From an uncultured Chromatiaceae bacterium (GTDB taxonomy: Bacteria > Pseudomonadota > Gammaproteobacteria > JAADHS01): DNA of 57,335 nt. Made by a program: the position numbers and the translations under genes. The stretch spans positions 1-57,335 of the forward strand of contig CALZJI010000002.1 in assembly GCA_945787615.1 (NCBI GenBank). The letters run 5' to 3'. Shown here piece by piece: positions 52,682 to 57,335 of this stretch; position 1 is the stretch's first letter, and the number at the start of each line of letters is the position of its first letter. Below the pieces are notes generated by a model. The model was given only the letters and a program-made list of their open reading frames with translations, did not search any database and was not told where the DNA came from.

Positions 52682-54168
52682 CGAGCGCCGTCCGTATTGG
52701 TCTTGGCCGACATCCTGTTGTTTAACCTGTCAGTGACGGAGCGCGGCGTGATATAGTACCCGACGCGGTTTTCACGATGTTCGGCGTATATCAGGTGTTT
52801 GCCGCCCGAAGACCAGACGACCGCGTGTTTTCGGCGACCGTCGTCGGTCATTTGTTTCTTCGTTCCATCGCGGGAAATTAGCGTCACGTCTTGTCCTCGT
52901 TCGCTCTCGCTAATCACCGCCAGTGTGTTTCCGTCGGGGGACCAGCCGCTGGAAGCATGATCAGGCCAGCTTACGAACTGGTCGACTATTACGACTTCGC
53001 CTCCGCCTACGGGCGCCATGCCTACCTTGCTACCCTGGCGTTGTATGAAAGAGATGGTTTTTCCGTCGCTAGAAAAGCGAGGTTGCTGGCCTGCCGTCAG
53101 AATGCGCGGCGAGGCGTTTGGGTTTGCTTCGAGCGTGTAAATGTCGCCGTTGGCCTCGTAGGTTAGCAGTGACCCATTGGGCGAAGCAGATAAATCCCAT
53201 ATATAGTCGTTATATTTGGCCATTTCATTTCGTTCGCCGGTTGCGACGTCTATGGAGTAGAGCCGCCCTTGTTGCGGTTTAATTCCGTGCCACGCGAGTC
53301 GACCGTTACGCGTCCAATCCGCCCAACGAAAGTCCTCGCCAGCGACATCTGTTAACTTTATTCGATCGCTGCCGTCTGGCCGCATTACCCACAGGTTGAA
53401 GTTTGGCGTATCGTAGCGCGCGCTGAATACGATCCACTGACCATCTGGCGACCATTGGGCTTTGTAGACCCAAGCATCGTCGTCGCCAGTGATGTTTACG
53501 CCCTTCCCGCCGTTGGCGTCGACGACGAAGATGTCCGATTTATCCTTCGTATAGTCGCCGCCATAATAAGCGTGATAGACAATTTTAGATCCGTCGGCGG
53601 AGAAGTTGGTGGAGCCGACATAGTCGTGTCCGCTTGTGATCTGTGTGATTGCGCCGGTGGCCCAGTCCCAGCGAAAAACCTCGCGGGAACCGAAAGGGCC
53701 GGCGGTAAAACTCACCATCTTTCCATCTTTGGAGAATGACGGGTAATCTTCGTAACCGTCCTTCGTCGACATGACGGTGGTTTCCTTGTCCGTCTTGAGA
53801 TCTCGAATGAATACGCCGTTCTGCCCGTTGCGCAGGGCGGTAAACACGATATGGGAGCCTTCCGGGTGCCAACGGGCTTCCCACTCGTCTTCGGGGCTGT
53901 TGGTGACATTATAGACTTTCCCGGTCTCCGTGTTTACGGCGTACACTTCCCTATTGCCACTCTTGTTGTGGCTAAAGGAAATCCACTTGCCATCCGGAGA
54001 TACCGCCGAGTCCGCGCCGCCATCTACTTCCTCGTGTACTAGCCGATACTCGACGAGCAGTGTTCCTTCGCCGGTGGCCGCGTTGGAGCCCGGTGGGAAG
54101 GTAAAGGCTCCAAGGAACACAGCCAGGATTACCAACGCGGTACGGCGAGTGGTTCGTATACTGTGCAT
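52678..54168 (-). CDS. TolB-like periplasmic beta-propeller protein (PD40/WD40-like repeats)
   Basis: From the ATG at 54168 the signal peptide reads MHSIRTTRRTALVILAVFLGAFTFPPGSNAA. It has repeated SPDG-type blades (SPDGKWISFS, FSKDGKMVSFT, FSADGSKIVY, WSPDGQWIVFSA, SSDGKTISF, WSPDGNTLAV). Confidence 0.8.
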   Translation of the reverse strand: MHSIRTTRRTALVILAVFLGAFTFPPGSNAATGEGTLLVEYRLVHEEVDGGADSAVSPDGKWISFSHNKSGNREVYAVNTETGKVYNVTNSPEDEWEARWHPEGSHIVFTALRNGQNGVFIRDLKTDKETTVMSTKDGYEDYPSFSKDGKMVSFTAGPFGSREVFRWDWATGAITQITSGHDYVGSTNFSADGSKIVYHAYYGGDYTKDKSDIFVVDANGGKGVNITGDDDAWVYKAQWSPDGQWIVFSARYDTPNFNLWVMRPDGSDRIKLTDVAGEDFRWADWTRNGRLAWHGIKPQQGRLYSIDVATGERNEMAKYNDYIWDLSASPNGSLLTYEANGDIYTLEANPNASPRILTAGQQPRFSSDGKTISFIQRQGSKVGMAPVGGGEVVIVDQFVSWPDHASSGWSPDGNTLAVISESERGQDVTLISRDGTKKQMTDDGRRKHAVVWSSGGKHLIYAEHRENRVGYYITPRSVTDRLNNRMSAKTNTDGAR

Positions 54169-54436
54169 CTCGTCCTTCAGCTCAATAGAAGATAAAAAGC
54201 ATATTACGCTAGTTCTGCTGCAGAGATACGGCGCGTTACGTATATCTAGCACACCGAATTGATCGAGTGCGGGCCCAATAGTCTTTGCTACAGACTAAAC
54301 CGTGGGATGGTCCAGTGCGCGCCATTATTATGGTGGCGCTTGCTCGCGTAGTGCCAATTTGAGCCACTAAAGCGATGATAGCACGTCCTTATCCGGTTGG
54401 GTGCGTCGGGATAAGACCAGATAATGACCAGAGGTT

Positions 54437-55027
54437 GTGTGCAAATGCCGGTCGACCATGCGGACAGCGGTTAACTCCTACAACTCGGCGCGGGGTATTA
54501 ACCCCGGTATCGTATTATGTGGTGTCGCATTCGCGCTGGGATATGAACCTATTGGGATTTGGTTATATTGCAGCGAGCGTCTTCTTGGGCAGGGCTTGGG
54601 TGTTTCCGTGTTAGCTGTTCTGGTTGGTATTCCCGCGACCACTTTCGGGGCGACGATCCCCGCGTTGTTGCGAGGACAAAAACACATCGCCAAAGTGTCA
54701 GGGCGGCTAGTGTTTATTTCGTCGGCCGGGTACGCCGCGGGTTTTTTGCTTATGCCGTTGGCCGTGCATCATTATTTCGACTACGGCCAACAATTGATAG
54801 TTGTCGCGTTGGTCAGTGCGGCGGCCCTACTGGTCTATAGTAAGGCCAATGTTAAACATATTTCCAGCGCCCTGGCGCTGATGGCTGGCGTGACCGCAGT
54901 ATACGCCTACGCGTGGCAAGAACAGTGGCTCTATCTAGGTCATACCTCGTTCCATGGGCCTCAACAATTTGAAGCGGCGAGAGCCAAATTTTTAAATCTG
55001 TCGTCTAGATGGTTAGACACAAACTGA
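54437..55027 (+). pseudogene. Internal fragment of a paralog of the membrane spermidine-synthase-like/TPR gene at 40062..42926
   Basis: IPATTFGATIPALL...AGFLLMPLAVHHYFDYGQQLIVVALVSAA...WQEQWLYLGHTSFHGPQQFEAARAKF is collinear with aa ~315-470 of the 954-aa protein (LPAITFGATVPALI...VGFLLMVFVLHEHMDYGSLVIVIAALSG...WDEQLLYLGHTAFRSPKQLEEKREAL). The ~300 N-terminal and ~480 C-terminal residues are missing. Confidence 0.65.
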
Positions 55028-55129
55028 ACTGCGAAGTTTGCCACCAATAGGGCGTTAAGCGCAACGGCACTTTCGCCTTAACTCCGCTTGGAGTGTCTCC
55101 CCAAACACTGGGCGAAATGTGAAGCTCGG

Positions 55130-55753
55130 CTAAAACACCCCCGTGGCGAAGCCGATTCGAATCAGCTCCGCCAAGGACCGTACTTGCATTTTCTCCATTA
55201 TGCGTCGGCGATGAACTTCAACGGTTCGACAGCTTATGCCAAGTTGCGTGGCAACCGTCTTGTTTGGCGGGCCCGATAGGATATAGTTCATCACTTCACG
55301 TTCCCTCGGTGTTAGCAATGACAGCCGCGAAGTCAGTTTGGTCTTATTTTCCGTTTTCTGTTGTGCTACCTTTCCCTGGGTAAGCGCTTGTTGGATTCGA
55401 TCGAGCAATATTTGATCGTCAAACGGCTTTTCTATGAAATCGAACGCGCCGTTTCTAACCGCTTTGACCGCCATAGGAACGTCTCCATGCCCTGTTATCA
55501 TAATAACGGCTGTTGGGACGTTTTCCGCAACCAATTTTTCCTGCAGCACTATCCCGCTCATGCCCCGCAGGCGGACATCCAAAACGATACAGTCATCACC
55601 GCGTGGGCATGCACTATCAAAAAACGCCTGTGCGTTTTCAAATTGTTTCGTTTTCAAACCAACGGACGAACACAACCAATCTAAAGCGCCGCGTAGTGCG
55701 GCGTCATCGTCAATAACGAACACGGTTTGGTCAGTATCCACGGCCCTACCCAA
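55130..55753 (-). CDS. FixJ/NarL (LuxR-type HTH) family response regulator
   Basis: The REC domain shows VFVIDDDAAL, CIVLDVRLRGMSG, VIMITGHGD and FDFIEKPF. The LuxR HTH shows LTPREREVMNYILSGPPNKTVATQLGISCRTVEVHRRRIMEKM. No kinase is adjacent. Confidence 0.9.
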   Translation of the reverse strand: MGRAVDTDQTVFVIDDDAALRGALDWLCSSVGLKTKQFENAQAFFDSACPRGDDCIVLDVRLRGMSGIVLQEKLVAENVPTAVIMITGHGDVPMAVKAVRNGAFDFIEKPFDDQILLDRIQQALTQGKVAQQKTENKTKLTSRLSLLTPREREVMNYILSGPPNKTVATQLGISCRTVEVHRRRIMEKMQVRSLAELIRIGFATGVF

Positions 55754-56172
55754 TGTGTAAGTTGGTTTTGCGAGGCTATCGCGGTGTCGTCAGCTCGATT
55801 ATATCTAAGCTTTGCGTATCGCGTAATTGTCGCATCGCTGCGACAATGAATTATGGCTGTGTGTCTTATTTCCATCAGCATAGTTTGGGCCTTCTCGATA
55901 GGCGTACGGTGCAGAGTCCGTTGCGAATCGTAGCGGTGTCGGTTAACGCGCCCGCAGCGTTCCCTGAAACTACCTGGGCTGGATATCGTCGCTTGCGATC
56001 TTACCTCTCCATTCTTCTCGCCGAGAACCCCGTGCCAGGCTTGCAACGTGTAGGTGCCAGGTACGTTGTCCTTGACGATTCGATCAATGTTTGCCAATTT
56101 AGTAATGCCCCTGTCGTGAATCTGTGTCCAATTGTAATCCTGTGACAGAAGAAAACGCTGACCGGCGAGCGC
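55681..56172 (-). pseudogene. Possible C-terminal remnant of a cupredoxin/carboxypeptidase-regulatory-like small periplasmic protein
   Basis: The open frame has no ATG and opens just after a stop at ~56173. The motif DNVPGTYTLQAWHGVLGEKNGEV resembles the (P)GTYTL.AWHE.LG signature I recall from small plastocyanin-like proteins. The 3' part runs 73 nt into the regulator gene. Confidence 0.25.
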
Positions 56173-56395
56173 TTACCGTTCGTTTAGGCTGAAACAGTAG
56201 TCCGTGTACCTTTTCCTATTTTAGACAGTATTGCATTCGAGAGGTGCTAGCTCAAAGAACATGGCCGATTTCCCCGGAAAACTTGGGTGTTAGGGGGCGA
56301 TTGTTTATCGTGTTAAACCGTAGGGATTACACCTGTAGGCGATGAGTAAAAATACGTGCATTGTATATGCGAGACTGTGAGTACAATTGGATCGA

Positions 56396-56452
56396 GCTTG
56401 CTCGCGATACGCCTCTTTTAGAAGCCGTTTACCTTTTGTGTCGCGAGCAAGC
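56396..56452. repeat. REP-like hairpin
   Basis: A perfect 12-bp inverted repeat pairs gcttgctcgcga (56396-56407) with tcgcgagcaagc (56441-56452). The motif is of the gagcttgctcgcga type common in gammaproteobacterial REP elements. Confidence 0.55.
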
Positions 56453-56582
56453 CCGCTTCATTGTTATTGACTCCTCGCACCAGCCCGCTCCCGAAGGGAT
56501 AGGGGGGTAAATAATGGGACAGCAGCGAAATAAAGTGCTAATTTAACCATGTGGGTTCTAGGTTAATCATCGGGAGCGAGTA

Positions 56583-57146
56583 ATGAAAAAAATGGGGAGA
56601 GGGTTTAACGGTTTTGTTGGCATCGCGTTGGTTTGTGGATTGTTGGGTCAGGTTGCGATAGGTGATGTTGCTCGAGCAGAAACGCCGAGTGAGTGGCAAC
56701 TTAAATTCGACTATGAAGAATTTTTTGCTCGTGGGGATGAACCACGGCATAAGCTTGAATTTGCCTTTGACACGACAGGTCACTATGAGGCTGATCTCGT
56801 GGCCTTCAATCAAAACGACGAGATGGCTTCCCATGCCGAGCAGGCAGGTCAGTTGACACAAGAGCAATTAGACAATATCGCGAACTGGATCACGGAGCTT
56901 GGGTTAACCTCCGTGACCAATGAGCAACTGGATATTGGTTATGGCCTCAGCCTGGTGCCGGGGTGGCAGGGCGCCATCTCAGTAACGCAAAGCGATACCC
57001 AATCGGTGACCCAATTCACCTCTTTAAGGCCGGCGACGCACCCGGAACGTAGCGTTAGGATGAACCGCCTAGTTACGTTTGTGTTCGATCTAAAGCGTTT
57101 GGCTTTGCATGAACTGAACGCGGACAAGCCGGCGGCTGAGCAGTGA
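56583..57146 (+). CDS. Hypothetical secreted protein
   Basis: The ATG is preceded by gggagcgag. The signal peptide reads MKKMGRGFNGFVGIALVCGLLGQVAIGDVARAE. I recognise no motif. Confidence 0.55.
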   Translation: MKKMGRGFNGFVGIALVCGLLGQVAIGDVARAETPSEWQLKFDYEEFFARGDEPRHKLEFAFDTTGHYEADLVAFNQNDEMASHAEQAGQLTQEQLDNIANWITELGLTSVTNEQLDIGYGLSLVPGWQGAISVTQSDTQSVTQFTSLRPATHPERSVRMNRLVTFVFDLKRLALHELNADKPAAEQ

Positions 57147-57335
57147 ATGTTGAGCCTGTTATCGGGGGTAGGCCCTCATGATATACGCTCTTCAAATAGT
57201 GTCGCGATCGAGTTTCCGCCGACCGTACATGTCTCGCGACGGAGAGCCGGAGCGTGCGTCGCCGCTGTAAACGTGCAGTTTGTCGGATTCATTCACCGCT
57301 ATTTATCGGTACGGAGCGTCTCTAAAGACGTTGGC

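Noticed and set aside
1-57335. Prophage, integrative element or defence island
   Set aside because: There is no integrase, transposase, recombinase, tRNA attachment site, phage structural gene, nuclease/helicase defence gene or toxin-antitoxin pair in any frame. The only mobile-looking sequences are non-autonomous small palindromic elements.

Overview
This is a 57.3-kb stretch of a Gram-negative, gammaproteobacterium-like chromosome. I see no rRNA, tRNA, CRISPR array, transposase, integrase or phage genes. The main content is as follows. (1) A 19.5-kb, seven-gene, translationally coupled minus-strand operon spans 2023-21517. It combines a giant HEAT-repeat protein carrying a PgsB/CapB-like amide-ligase core with a membrane protein carrying two PgsC/CapC-like modules fused to two degenerate PghP-like domains. 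It also encodes a PghP-like lipoprotein, two very large signal-peptide envelope proteins (824 and 1814 aa), a single-domain response regulator and a CHASE2 kinase-like sensor that appears to lack the phospho-acceptor His. I interpret this as a candidate, apparently undescribed, diderm synthesis and export system for a poly-gamma-glutamate-like polyamide. This is the most interesting item in the window. (2) Flanking signalling genes include an EAL remnant, orphan OmpR- and FixJ-type regulators, a binding-protein plus sensor-kinase pair, and an Hpt-REC-REC-GGDEF cyclase. (3) Housekeeping and accessory genes include an AbgT-family transporter, lpxA next to a Gfo/Idh/MocA oxidoreductase, tandem DUF1631-like paralogs, a di-haem cytochrome c peroxidase, a PQQ-type soluble sugar dehydrogenase, and a TlpA-like redoxin with a TolB-like propeller. 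(4) A cluster encodes large secreted proteins, two of them with GlyGly-CTERM-like tails. They flank a membrane spermidine-synthase-like/TPR protein, and a decayed fragment of a paralog of that protein lies 12 kb away. (5) There are several non-coding elements: two MITE-like palindromic insertions (one breaks the EAL gene), a dispersed repeat family with a 36-nt core, a roughly 0.8-kb tandemly duplicated composite repeat, and an orphan promoter-to-terminator unit that looks like a structured small RNA. All functional calls rest on motifs I recognise by eye. No database search was run.
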